Positions 51,490 through 63,040 of a stretch of DNA of 64,000 nt are shown piece after piece. Within the stretch, counting starts at the first letter, position 1. The number at the start of each line of letters is the position of its first letter. The notes beneath the pieces were generated by a model. The model saw nothing but the letters and a program-made list of their open reading frames with translations, searched no databases and was not told where the DNA came from. Where the stretch lies: the NCBI GenBank assembly GCA_053919585.1, contig CM132790.1; one strand, given 5' to 3'. Source of the stretch: Euprymna scolopes. Lineage: Eukaryota. Position numbers and translations under genes: made by a program.

Positions 51490-51920
51490 GAGTTTGTCTC
51501 TGATGTATCGTTATTTTCATGGAAAGTGTTCGACTGAGCTTCAATCTATGGTCCCCCCCTCGCCAAACTTTCACAAGAAACACTCGTCTAGCTGTAAACA
51601 CTATCAATAATTCCCCCCCCCATGATTTATCTGTGCCTAAACCTAAACGTAGATTCCATGAACAAAGCTTTTTTCTTAGAACTGCACGCCTGTGGAATTG
51701 TCTTCCGTTTTCCTGCTTTCCGGCTGACTACAATATGATTGTCTTCAAGTCTAACGTAAATAAGTCCTTGATGAGCCGTTCCATATAAGTTATCAACTTT
51801 ACCAAATTTTCATTACTAATGATTACTATAATGTCCAATTTCTACTGTATACTCTTTAACCCTTATCCTTGAGTTGCCTCTTGGCCTTGATAATGTGGTG
51901 ATGCCTATGTAAAAAAAAAA
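51490..51920 (+). mobile_element. CR1/L2-group LINE 3' fragment with poly(A)
   Basis: Near-identical to the reverse complement of about 24930-25355. Confidence 0.93.
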
Positions 51921-52415
51921 TGTAAAATTATCTATGTAAAATTAAGTAATTTTAAAGCAATATACAATTTAATACTGATAAAACAGAATTATGAAGTTAG
52001 GAAACAAAGAATTAAAAAACACACCAACGATGAATAATTTTAAAAGTAAAAACCATCGATAAATAATTTTAAGAATGAAAGCAAACGATAAAATACAAAA
52101 AATCGAAATAAAACAAATAATTTAAATACAAACAAACAATAAAAGTTACTCGTGCAGAAATATTTTTTAATTTAATTTAGAGAAAAATCACATGGGTTGA
52201 ATGTTATTTTTTGGAATTTTAGAGATTATTCGGACTAATGTTCTCATCTTGCGTGTTTATTTCACGTTTTATCATCGAATCTTGACTTCTCCTTTATTAC
52301 ATCCTCAGGCCGAAAATGATTTTCACATTCCTAAAAACATAATTAAAGAAAACATAATGTAAACTATTGTTAAAATCTAAGAAAAGATAATAAACAAACA
52401 TTTATAATAATAATA

Positions 52416-52628
52416 ATCACAGTGTAGTATCTGTTCTGATGCTACACTTCATTTGTTCTGTCCTCGGTCAGTGGAGGAGAAATCCTTCATGACCGGGACA
52501 ATTTTTATTTTATTTTTGTTCCTATCCAGAGTGCCCCTTTTTGGGGAGCTAAATTTTCCCACATTAAAAACCGACCTTGTGTCTAACTGTAGCCTCGTGG
52601 GGGGGGGAGTAAATAAATAAAAAAAAAA
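52416..52628 (+). mobile_element. U2-headed SINE-like monomer
   Basis: ATCACAGTGTAGTATCTGTTCT followed by a body homologous to the reverse complement of 9942-10099 (GTGGAGGAGAAATCCTTCA.GAC.G.GACAATTTT..CCACATTAAAAA.CGACCTTGTGTCTAACT). A-rich tail. Confidence 0.78.
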
Positions 52629-52800
52629 TTTGGACAAATATTCTCATGTAAAAATTATTTGTTTATAATTTTCAAAAGAAACAATCAATTTTAATATATA
52701 ACGCTCAGTCACGACTAATTTCATTAATAGCCACGTGGTGAATAATTTTCAAACCGACTTTAGAAAAAATATAGAACTTTGAAATATTTGAACATACTCA

Positions 52801-55650
52801 ATGAAAGGTTTTATTTATTATTTAAAAAAATTGGCAATTATTCTTTATGCGCACGCCGGCGTTGTAGAGTTTCAGGATAGGCCCCCGGTGTGCGCAGCAC
52901 TAAGAGTCGACCAGCCGGACTTCAGTGCGGAATTCGACGACCAACAGAAGGCGTGGACCGCCACTTGGAGGTGGTCAGAAGACAAGGAACCGGCCAAACT
53001 ACAAAACAAAGTGGCAGAGTACCGTATGCCCGACCAGATAAGGCCTGCATACGAAAGCGAGCTCCGTGAATGGATTAAGAACGGTTGGCTGATTCCATAC
53101 CCCTATGACAAACTTGGACCCCCCAAGGGCCTGATACCGCTGATGGCAGTTGCCCAATCTAACAAGTCAAAGGTGAGGCCGGTAATGGACTACCGTGAGT
53201 TGAATGCGCACGTTGATGCGTTCACAGCAGACGCCGACGTCTGTGCCAGCAAGCTGCGAGAGTGGCGCCGGCAGGGGTCCAATGTGTCCCTACTGGACTT
53301 GAGAAAAGCATACTTGCAGGTCCGGATCGGCGAGGCGATGTGGCCTTTCCAGACAGTGATGTTTTCCGGGAAGAGATACTGTCTTACGCGACTCGGATTT
53401 GGGCTAAACGTAGCACCCCAGATAATGAAGGCTATCGTCAATGCCGTGTTGTCACAAGAAGAATGGATCAGAAAGGGAACATCGGCGTATATTGACGATA
53501 TATACGTGAACGAAGATATCGTGTCCTCTTCGCGCGTAAGATCCAAACTTGCCGAGTTTGGTCTAAACTGCAAGGACTCTGAGCGGCTTGAGGATGGTGC
53601 CCGCGTATTGGGCTTGAGCGTTCAAGAGGAGCGAGGGATCCTGAAGTGGAGGCGTGGAACCGCAGTTCCCGACGTACCCGACGTTTACACAAGACGTGCC
53701 GTGTTCTCCCTGTGCGGGAAACTTGTGGGGCACCTTCCAGTATGCGGATGGGTTCGTGCAGCGACAGGCGTCATAAAAAGGAGGGCAAATGCGGTCACCA
53801 AAGGCTGGGACGATGAGATAACCGACGAACTATTGGTTCGACTGTTAAAGGAGACCGTCGCTAGTGTGAAAAAGAATGACCCCGCCACAGGGGACTGGTG
53901 CGTGCAGGGAGACGAACTGAGCGTGTGGGTGGACGCAAGTTCTCTAGCGATCGGTGTAGTTTTGGAGAAAGATGGGGCCGTAGTTGAGGATGCCTGCTGG
54001 CTGTGACCGGCGAATGATGCTGCCCATATCAACCTGGCAGAACTCGACGCTGTAATAAAGGGCATTAACCTGGCACTTCAATGGGAAGTGAAGAAACTGC
54101 GTGTGCACACTGACTCACTTTGCGTGCACCACTGGGTGTCGGACACACTCACGAGCAAGGCCAGGGCACGCACCAAGGCAGCCAGCGAAATGCTGATAAG
54201 ACGGAGGCTCGAGACTGTGAAAAAACTGGTGACGGAGTACAACCTGTCCGTAGAAGTAGTGCTCGTCACCTCGGATTACAACCTCGCCGACAAGCTCACT
54301 CGGGTACCACGGAGATGGTATGAGGCTATGAAGAAAGAAGCTAAGCCATTGCCTCTGTGTGCTGCCTCCGTCGAGGAGGACGAAATCAGGAAGATACATC
54401 ACGACAGTGGGCACCCCGGAGTACAACGGACCTACTACTTTGTGAAGTTGGCTAGACCATCAATACCAAAAAGCGCAGTAAGAGCAGTGGTCAGGGAGTG
54501 CCAAACGTGCCAGTCCATCGACCCCGCCCCAGCCAGATGGCGGAAAGGACAGCTGGGAGTGGACGCGACTTGGAGTCGGTTGGGTATGGATATAACCCAC
54601 TACGGCAGCCAACACTTCCTCACGCTGATAGACTGCGGGCCAACGAGGTTCGCGATTTGGCGCCAATTAGCGAGGCAGGATTCCACCAGTGTCATCCACG
54701 AATTGGAATCCATATTCTACGAAAGGGGGCCGCCTGAGGAGATCCTCACGGATAACGACCCGGCGTTCTGCAGCAGGGAATTTAGGCATTTTATGGACAA
54801 CTGGGGGATCCGCCTTCGACACCGATGCGCGTATGTGCCGAGCGGCAACGGCATAGCGGAGCGATGCCACCGAACCGTGAAGAAGATCGCGGCCAGGAAG
54901 AAGTGTACGATCGCGGAGGCAGTTTACAGATACAACACAACGCCTAAGGACACCGTGACTGGCGGCAGTGCGCCCGCTGATACGATTCATCACTACCACG
55001 TGCGCGTCAAGGACGTTGAAGTGTGTCTACCCGACCAACGAGAACCCCAGGGGACGTACCAAGTGGGAGACACCGTCTGGGTGAAGCCACCCGGCGGCCG
55101 GTGCACCAGCAGCTTTTGGAGGGGGCGGGTCACCGGCGTCATCAGTGAACAGGCCATACTAGTCGATGATACTCCGCGCCACGTAAGGGATGTCCGGCCC
55201 GCTCTAAGCGCTGACCAATCGGCAAGCAGTGGAAGTAGCGAGTCATCCGACGATGAGCGATGGATCCAACCTGTGCCCCATGGACCTGGTGACTCAACTG
55301 CGAGCAGTGGAAGGAGCGAGTCATCCGACGATGAGCGATGGATCCAACCTGTGCCCCATGGACCTGATGACTCAACTGCGAGCTCTAATGCTGATGCTGA
55401 TGCTTCCGATGCCACTTCTGAGAGCTCCGATGAGGAAGTCCCGGCAATACCCCTCCGCAGGAGTGCTCGAATCAAACGGCCACGTCCGCCGTGTCACGTA
55501 TGTGATCTGGAGACCAGGGGGGAGTGTGAGACTAACCGTAGCCCTCGGCGCAAGAGGGTCCGTGTGTGCCTGGCGTGTGGGGTGGTGGCTGATCCTGTGG
55601 TCGGGGCAGCGGAAGAAAGTTTCAAGATGGCGCCTGCCTGCTTTTATTAG
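52801..55650 (+). pseudogene. Pol (RT, RNase H, integrase) with a single in-frame TGA at 54004-54006
   Basis: ORFs 52801-54006 and 54088-55650 share a frame. Motifs RPVMDYRELN, LDLRKAYLQV, FGLNVAP, YIDD, WVDASS, HINLAELDA, GHPG..CQTC, LTDND, GIAERCHR. The first ~16 codons are flanking DNA. Confidence 0.92.
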
Positions 55651-55924
55651 AGACGGAATCTCGCAGGATCGCGCGAGATCTCGCGGGGATGCAAATTAGC
55701 TAGGCCATCTTGAGAAATAAAAATCGGTCCATTGGAGGTGCGAGGCAGTCGGGTTCTGACGTTCGGGGCGATTAGTACAGTGACCGTTGGGTTCCGTTTC
55801 TATTCGTGCAGTCAGCTGAGCTTTGTTAGTTACCTTCGCGCCGTGGCTGTCATTGTTTGTTGGTTTGCTGTGGTTCTTCAGTGAAACGCTTCGTCGCCCA
55901 CGACGAGACCCCCCGTCTCCTACA
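52848..55924 (+). mobile_element. 5'-truncated LTR retrotransposon (RT-RH-IN plus 3' LTR), related to the nested element
   Basis: Sharp GC shift at ~52848; PPT AGGGGGGAG; LTR 55525-55924 (TGTGAGAC...GTCTCCTACA). Confidence 0.92.
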
Positions 55925-56500
55925 CAAGATACTCTTACAATATATCAACATAATATTTACTGTATTAGCAATAAATAGTATTGTTTCTGTAATTTATAGT
56001 AGCAATGTTATCAAACATTATTAAAGTACTTTAATTTATATTAATAATGTTATCAAACGTTATGAAAGTACTCAGTTCTAATTAAATAGTAGTTTAATTA
56101 TTAACAAATAACATCACTTATTTTACTATATTTGGTTGGAATAAAATTTTCCCTTCTAATTGCATGTATCCAAATTGAGAAAGTTTAGGATAAGAAAATA
56201 TATGTACATTGGGGCCTTTTGGATAATTTCCCCGGTAATTTGTAACAACGCAAGAATACACCATGTTAGACAGCAAACTGCAAACTAGATGAAACTGCTG
56301 CTGATAGCCTAGATCATATCCCTACAAGTGAATCTGATAATGACGTCACGCTGTCATGTGCATCGGCCTTCTTTACTCTCGGTAGCCACGTTCCAACGCT
56401 ATTTTTTATAGCGAATGTACGGAAATAATACGTATACTGACCAGGGATTCTTAAGCATATGTCCACCATAACCTATCGGTTATTCCGACGCAATTAATGA

Positions 56501-56786
56501 TACGGCATAATCACGTTGACACACCGGTTCCCGTCAGATTACCGAAGTTAAGCAACGTTGAGCCTGGTCATTACTAAAAGGGGTGACCAATTTGGGAAGT
56601 TCAGGTGCTGTATGTAGGAGGACGTCGACACCTCCCTGCAAAAAGTTGCAAAAACTTAACGTCGTCATCTCCCCTAACGGAGATATACATGCGACTGGGA
56701 ACCGCTTGTGAATTTCATACTCCCATGAAACTTTCTCCTTCGGAGGAAGCCGGTTAAACCCTGAACAGGGTTGGTGCTGACTGCAA
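56501..56786 (+). mobile_element. 5S-rRNA-derived SINE (SINE3-like) with a 10-bp TSD
   Basis: 56501-56612 aligns to metazoan 5S (ACGGCATA.TCACGTTGA.ACACCGGTTC.CGTC.GAT.ACCGAAGTTAAGCAACG..GGGTGACC..GGTGCTGTA). No T-run terminator follows; ~175-nt body. AATTAATGAT at 56492-56501 and 56787-56796. Confidence 0.82.
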
Positions 56787-57769
56787 AATTAATGATTCAA
56801 CTTGCGATTCTTACGATAACAGCAACAAAAGAAGAATCATTTGTTAATGCTGCAAAATCATTAAAAGTTTGAATTTTCGTTATATAAAATTATTGTTTGG
56901 TTTGCTTAACGGCCATTGAATTGAAGGTATTTACATTTATATTTTGTATATTTTGCGATTTATAATGCACTTACATAATTCATTTTGTTTTATTGTTATA
57001 AAATTCACGCACATTTTACGAAGTTTTCAAATACGTCATAAGATACGTTTCAAGAGAAAAAATGTTCTGTCCTATTATCGAATACAGATTTAAGTCTAAC
57101 TTTCGTCAAAGACAAATATAAATCAAACATGATGTACTAATCCCTGGCATTAATTCGTGTTGCGACTTTTGCAACAAAGACAAACGGTGTCTTAACAGCT
57201 AAAGTTGATTATAACATTCGATAGATTAATGTCCACCACTTTGATCTTTAACCTGACAAGATTTCAACATATTATCCCTCAAATAAAGATTCCAGGTTTT
57301 TCATTAAATAAAAGAATAAAAAAATGCCAGAATATAAAACCTCTTTTGCTGCTGCTGCTACTGCTGTCTCTTATTGTAAAAATCAGGTGATTTTTCTGAG
57401 TGAACATCCGCTCTGATTTTTTTAATTTCCGCTGGTATCCATCACTGTTACACCTTTAATGGTGTTTTCACACCAGCCGTTTGACAAACCTTGTTTTTAT
57501 TGGAATGTGAGTGGCAAATTAGCCTCTTCAAATCATTATCAGAGGTCCTACACAAGCAACAGACAGGCTGTGTTCCCTAAAATCCGAACGGCAAGTCTTT
57601 CCAAATATCCATAGTTTCTGATGCTGCAGTCTTTTATCATTCTTGTTGAAAATGATGTCAGATGGTATTATCTGAAATCGAAGTAATAAGAAACCTCTTT
57701 AAACAGTTATCCTGTCTTCCGGTTTGTATTTATACAGTCGCTTGCACAGTTCCTAATGGATTAGTTTCC

Positions 57770-59690
57770 CAACCTATTCATATATGTTTTTGTATTCCTT
57801 TTAAACTAACTGCATTCACTTTTTATGTGGTTTACCGTTTCATCTATGCGTTTATTTTTTGCTGATTCTAGTCTGCTTTTGCTTTTATGTAATTTGTTTT
57901 GATCGCGTTGCTTATCTGTAGCGTTTTTCATTTCAACTGTCTTTTCCATAAACATGTCCATCTTTTCTCGAGTAGACATCCTTTAATATATCTTCTAAAT
58001 ATCCCATGCAGTTGCTGCTATTCCTGTTTTTTTTCTTTGTTCACATCATTGCTCCCCGTATATAATGGTTTCCATCGACATTATGACGAATCATCGTCTA
58101 TGTATTTTGTGTTATGTATTTCTTTAGTTTTTCTTATTACATCGTCTACGGCATTTAACATTTACCAGTCACTGTTCGCCTACTTTCCTATTAATATAGA
58201 GTCGATCAGTATTGTCCTCCATGTGAAATATATGTTTTATCCTAATCAGTTTCTTGAATCATTGATGCAGATATTATATAAATTATCTTTCCTAGTTTAC
58301 TAATTGCCAGACTCTCATACTAAAAATACTGTGCACCCGTGTATCAATTTTATTAGTATTCAATTTGAATTTTAAAAAATTTTTTGAATTGATGATATCT
58401 GCTTTGAAGATTTCCTATTAGTCGGTACATGTTTACCAAGTGAACTTATTTCCTAGCAACAATATATTTCAGTGTTTCGAGACGGTCTTTGCTTATGGGT
58501 AGTGCACGTTTTCTCATTCCAAATCATATTCCAATGTACTCGCGAAATATTCTAGGTATGGTTTTTAGGATTACGAGTCTATTTTTTGTTATGTTACAAT
58601 AATTCCAGGTCATCTGTATATATTTAGTTTTCGTTTATATCTGTAAATTGTATTCTCATATGAGGTTGGCGAGTGGCATTCAATTCTTGCTAATAATCGT
58701 CTGAAGAATTTTCTGGAATTTGAATGACAATAAGCATCCCATGAATTCCAAAACTAGTCTTATCTCGCCTAGGCTTTTTCATCCTCCATTACCGCCTATG
58801 ACCAGTTCTTGTGACAGGAACAGATGCTGGTACAACCTCACTTTATTTGAGTCGCATGGGTGGTCGATTATTTGATCATATCAACTCTAGCACTTCCATT
58901 TCCTTAGAATTATTGGAACTTTCTATATTTTAGTTAAGTTTACGCAGCGTCATCTTATTTTAACTTACCTGTCGTTCGTCAGTATCACATTGCCTTCTGT
59001 ACTCGAGAAAATATAATCTGACTTGTAAGAGGGAAGTCCTTCCTTTAATAATAATTACATTTTATCCATATTTTTTCAGAAACATTACTATACTTTCCTT
59101 CATATTAAATATTATTTCCAACCTTTTTCCGATGTAGTTGATTAGTTTTGCTCACAGTTTCAGCGTGATATTTCTGTCTATTTTGACAACGAGTGCCACA
59201 TTTGGTCTTGTTCTTTGCTTAAGTTTTTGTTCATACATCATACGTGATTTATGTCTTTAAATTCTTTATACTGGATCCAGTTTGTATCTTTATCATTCGT
59301 TTGCGTGTTAAAACTGTGGTCATTTGCACAGTTCTCAATGGGTTAACTTATTGAAACAAACATGGTTTTATTAGAATCTGTTTGAATTAGTTTGCTTTCA
59401 CTTCTGATTTGGATTCCCGTCTCTTCTAACGGTTCGCAAGTCTATATTTACACCAATGTTTTTCTTCACTTTTAAGTAGTTTATCCCGAAGTCATTGTTT
59501 ATTGCGGATGTTTGTAACAATTTGGTTTTCTGTTGAAGGTATATTTTCGCGGTTATATCTATTTTCATTCGTCAGGTCCGTCTTATAAATAAGCTTTTTT
59601 ACTGATAAATATTTTGCTTTTCCGAGAATTTTGTTTTCCATTGCCTACTGCTCTTTTGATAGTTATAATGACCTCATCCTTAATAAATAT
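57770..59690 (-). mobile_element. Heavily decayed R4/Dong-like RT remnant
   Basis: Minus-strand remnants resembling IFQ.D.LS, Y.DDLEL and YIG..FGM.KRA (DIGMEFGLDKCA) at 58450-58740. Confidence 0.5.
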
Positions 59691-59733
59691 ATGATCACAT
59701 TTTTATTAAGCACAAAGAATCACAATAAGCATA

Positions 59734-62361
59734 GTGAAGGAACTGGAAGGCAAAATACCAGCCATTGCCCAAAGAATTAAACATCGCATGGCAAAGATTC
59801 ATGCAAAGACACAGAATAAGCTTTTTGCAAACAATCCCAGAACTTTCTACAGGAATCTAATAAGAGAGGAAATTAAAATCCAAGATTCCCCATGTAAACA
59901 GGAATTAGACGATTACTGGAGACCCTTATTTGAAAAAGAGGAAGTACATAACGAAGAGGCCCGGTGGATCGGGGATATTATCAATGCAAACAAAAATAAA
60001 AGAGAAATGCCAGAGCCAGAAATCACGCCAGATAAGATAAGATCAAAGCTGGCACGAGCTTCAAATCACAAGAAACCTGGCATCGACAACATATCTAACT
60101 TCTGGTTAAAACAGCTAACAGCATTGCATGATCATTATAGCAGATGTTTCACCAGAATGTTGAAAGCTTTTGAAGCGACACCATCATGGCTATTAAAAGG
60201 CGATACAAGCTTAATAGTTAAAAGCACAGAAACCAAAAACCCTAGCAAATATCGCCCAATATGCTGCCTAACTACGACTTACAAGCTGTTCACTGGATTA
60301 ATAGCTGACAGCATATATGACCATCTTTCATCCGGTGATTATCTTGAGGAGGAACAAACAGGATGTAGGAAAAACTGCCTGGGCACCAAAGATCAATTGC
60401 TCATTAATAAGACCATTTTGGAAGATTGCAGGAAAAGAAAAAGAAATCTAAATATGGCATGGATAGATTATCAGAAAGCATTTGATAGTGTACCCCATTC
60501 GTGGATACTAAAATGCCTTGAATTATATAAAATCCACCCGACCATACGAGAAATTTTAGCTGCCCAAATGAAGGAGTGGCAAACATCCATTACCTTAAAC
60601 CATAACGGGGGAAGGATATCCATCCCAAATATAAGAATAAAAAAAGGTATCTTCCAAGGAGACAGTTTATCTCCTCTACTATTTTGCCTGTCAATTGATC
60701 CTCTAAGTAAGCTTCTAAAGAGCTACCAAGGTGCTTATAATCTAAGCTACAGCCGCCAAAGAGAATCCTCCAAGTTAATAAACCATTTATTTTTCATGGA
60801 TGATCTTAAGCTTTATGCTAGCTCGGATAAGAATTTAGATAATCTACTGAAAATTGTCCACACTTTTTCTAATGACATCAAAATGAAGCTCGGACTGGAT
60901 AAGTGTGCTATGTGTACTCTGAAAGCTGGCAAGAAGATATCTACTGAAAATATACAGCACGATGAAAATAGTGTAATCAGAGAACTGGATGAACAGGAAA
61001 CATACAAATACCTCGGCATTGATGAAAATGAGTCCATCCAGCATTCAAAGATGAGAGAGAAACTAAGCCAAGAATATTTACGCCGGGTAAGAAAAATCTG
61101 CAAAACTGAAATCACAAACAAGAACAAAATTACGCCAATTAACCAACTTGCCATGCCATTACTAACATATAGTTTTGGCATTATTGACTGGCCTCAGAAA
61201 GACATAAATTGGCTTGACACAAAGACAAGGAAAATGCTAACCTTGTACCGAGTTATTTATCGAAATCAGTGCATGCCTCGTTTGTACCTACCCAGGCGAG
61301 AAGGAGGTATGGGGCTCTCGGAAGTCAATCATCAACACAGAGCCACAATCGTCAGCATAGGTCAGTACATAATAAGTTCCTGTAACCCCAAGCTTATGAA
61401 AATTAAAGACCATTATCAGAATCGAGCAAGTAGCACAACATCTATAACACAACTTGCCACTCATTTTGGAAAAGATTGCCTTACAAATGATACTGAGAAC
61501 CCAAACAAACCTGCCACTGACATAGCCCAGAAAAGTCGGAAAAAATACACTAGCCAGTTCCATAGTGTTAAAACAGAAGAATGGACCAACCATAAACGGG
61601 CAAAATACCTACCGACTGAACTATCCCAAGAATATATTGATAGGGATGGTTCCCTGGACTGGCTCAAAAGAGGATCCCTCCATTACGACCAAGAGAGGTT
61701 GATATTGGCTGCACAAGACCAGGGCCTCATGACAAACGCCTCCAAAAAGATGTGTGGTCTAAGCAACAATGATAAATGCAGGTTCTGTAGCACTGAGGTT
61801 GAGAGTGTGGGCCACCTGATTTCTGGTTGCAAAGTCCTACTTGGAGACGGTTATTATACAGATCGCCATAACGGAGTTTGCAAATACCTTCACTGGAAGA
61901 TATGTAAGAAACTCAACATTCAGTGTAGTAAAAACTCCTGGGAACATATACCCGAACGAACAGTTGGGAATGACAACTACACTATTCACTATGACTACAT
62001 AATCCCTACTGCTACATATCTTGAAAATGCAGCTGTTAAACCAGATATAGTGATTTGGGACAGAGCAAACAAAAAAGCGACCGTAATAGAGGTCAGTGTA
62101 CCCAATGATACAGGGCTTAACAGAGTTGAGAGGGAAAAGATTACAAAGTATCAAGGACTTATGTATGATATGAAACGAAATTGGAAATTAAAAGACGTTT
62201 CAATTATACCAGTCATCATAGGTGCAACTGGGCTTATGAAAAAGAACTTTAAAAAGTACATAGCAAGCATACCCGGTGAACCAAGTGCAAGTGAAATACA
62301 AACGATTGCACTGAAAGGGACGGCTAGAATCCTGAAAAGATCTCTTGGTTGGACTCACTAA
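59734..62361 (+). CDS. R4/Dong-like RLE non-LTR retrotransposon ORF (RT, CCHC, PD-(D/E)xK endonuclease), 5'-truncated
   Basis: KKPGID, YRPICCL, WIDYQKAFDSVPH, GIFQGDSLSPLLF, HLFFMDDLKL, RLYLPRREGGMGL, CRFC..ESVGHLISGC, RHNGV, KPDIVI..IEVSVP..EKITKY. 3' hairpin at 62364-62406 and poly(A) at ~62430-62444. Confidence 0.95.
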   Translation: MKELEGKIPAIAQRIKHRMAKIHAKTQNKLFANNPRTFYRNLIREEIKIQDSPCKQELDDYWRPLFEKEEVHNEEARWIGDIINANKNKREMPEPEITPDKIRSKLARASNHKKPGIDNISNFWLKQLTALHDHYSRCFTRMLKAFEATPSWLLKGDTSLIVKSTETKNPSKYRPICCLTTTYKLFTGLIADSIYDHLSSGDYLEEEQTGCRKNCLGTKDQLLINKTILEDCRKRKRNLNMAWIDYQKAFDSVPHSWILKCLELYKIHPTIREILAAQMKEWQTSITLNHNGGRISIPNIRIKKGIFQGDSLSPLLFCLSIDPLSKLLKSYQGAYNLSYSRQRESSKLINHLFFMDDLKLYASSDKNLDNLLKIVHTFSNDIKMKLGLDKCAMCTLKAGKKISTENIQHDENSVIRELDEQETYKYLGIDENESIQHSKMREKLSQEYLRRVRKICKTEITNKNKITPINQLAMPLLTYSFGIIDWPQKDINWLDTKTRKMLTLYRVIYRNQCMPRLYLPRREGGMGLSEVNHQHRATIVSIGQYIISSCNPKLMKIKDHYQNRASSTTSITQLATHFGKDCLTNDTENPNKPATDIAQKSRKKYTSQFHSVKTEEWTNHKRAKYLPTELSQEYIDRDGSLDWLKRGSLHYDQERLILAAQDQGLMTNASKKMCGLSNNDKCRFCSTEVESVGHLISGCKVLLGDGYYTDRHNGVCKYLHWKICKKLNIQCSKNSWEHIPERTVGNDNYTIHYDYIIPTATYLENAAVKPDIVIWDRANKKATVIEVSVPNDTGLNRVEREKITKYQGLMYDMKRNWKLKDVSIIPVIIGATGLMKKNFKKYIASIPGEPSASEIQTIALKGTARILKRSLGWTH

Positions 62362-62993
62362 AATAGGGGTAAATGTCAGACATCTGGTTGGATGTCCCAT
62401 CCCCTAGAAGAAAAAGTTTAAGAAAAATGAAAAAAAAAAAAAAAGAGTTATTTAATTCCTATAAAGAACATTTCTTCATGAAATATATAGTGTCTAATAT
62501 TTTATTCACACAGTCTACATTCCTCAGAGAACTTATATAAGAACTTAAACTGAATCGCTTGGTGATATTCCTAGTATGACAAATTTTACATGTGGTTGGT
62601 AACAGAGAATTTATATATAAATTCAAGTCACATATGTCTCTATTTCACTGATTAATATATCCAAAAAATCATATGCAAATCTGTATTGATATCGATTTAC
62701 GCCAATTATTGATCCGTGCTTCACAAACTGTGCTTTTGTTTCATAAGCTTTGATAATATTTACATTATATCCTGCTCGGCATCTGTCGTAGGACAGTTAG
62801 CGGTCTTTTTACTCATACGCTTAAATTTTCTGTCACTGTCAGCTACGTTTACTGGAAACATTTTTTTATATATCCCATATCATGATAGCATTGAAATTAT
62901 TTTATATTTATATTTCGACTTTGCTTTTGCATTTTAAACTTGCCGTAAATATAATATAATATAATATAATATAATATAATATAATATAATATA

Positions 62994-63040
<47 letters not shown>

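Noticed and set aside
52225-52312. Possible - strand pLTR hammerhead (CCTGAGGATG...AAACGTG)
   Set aside because: GAAA and stems are too degraded to support.
54004-54006. Programmed readthrough or selenocysteine at the in-frame TGA in pol
   Set aside because: The related element has CGA (WLRP) at this position; CpG deamination is the simpler explanation.
51290-56390. Large TIR element bounded by inverted GGC.ACCGAGAGTAA.GAAGGCC motifs
   Set aside because: Only ~25 bp of imperfect match, no TSD or transposase; more likely two dispersed repeat fragments.
56501-56612. Functional 5S rRNA gene
   Set aside because: Diverged box C region, missing 5' nucleotides, no oligo-T terminator, flanked by a TSD.
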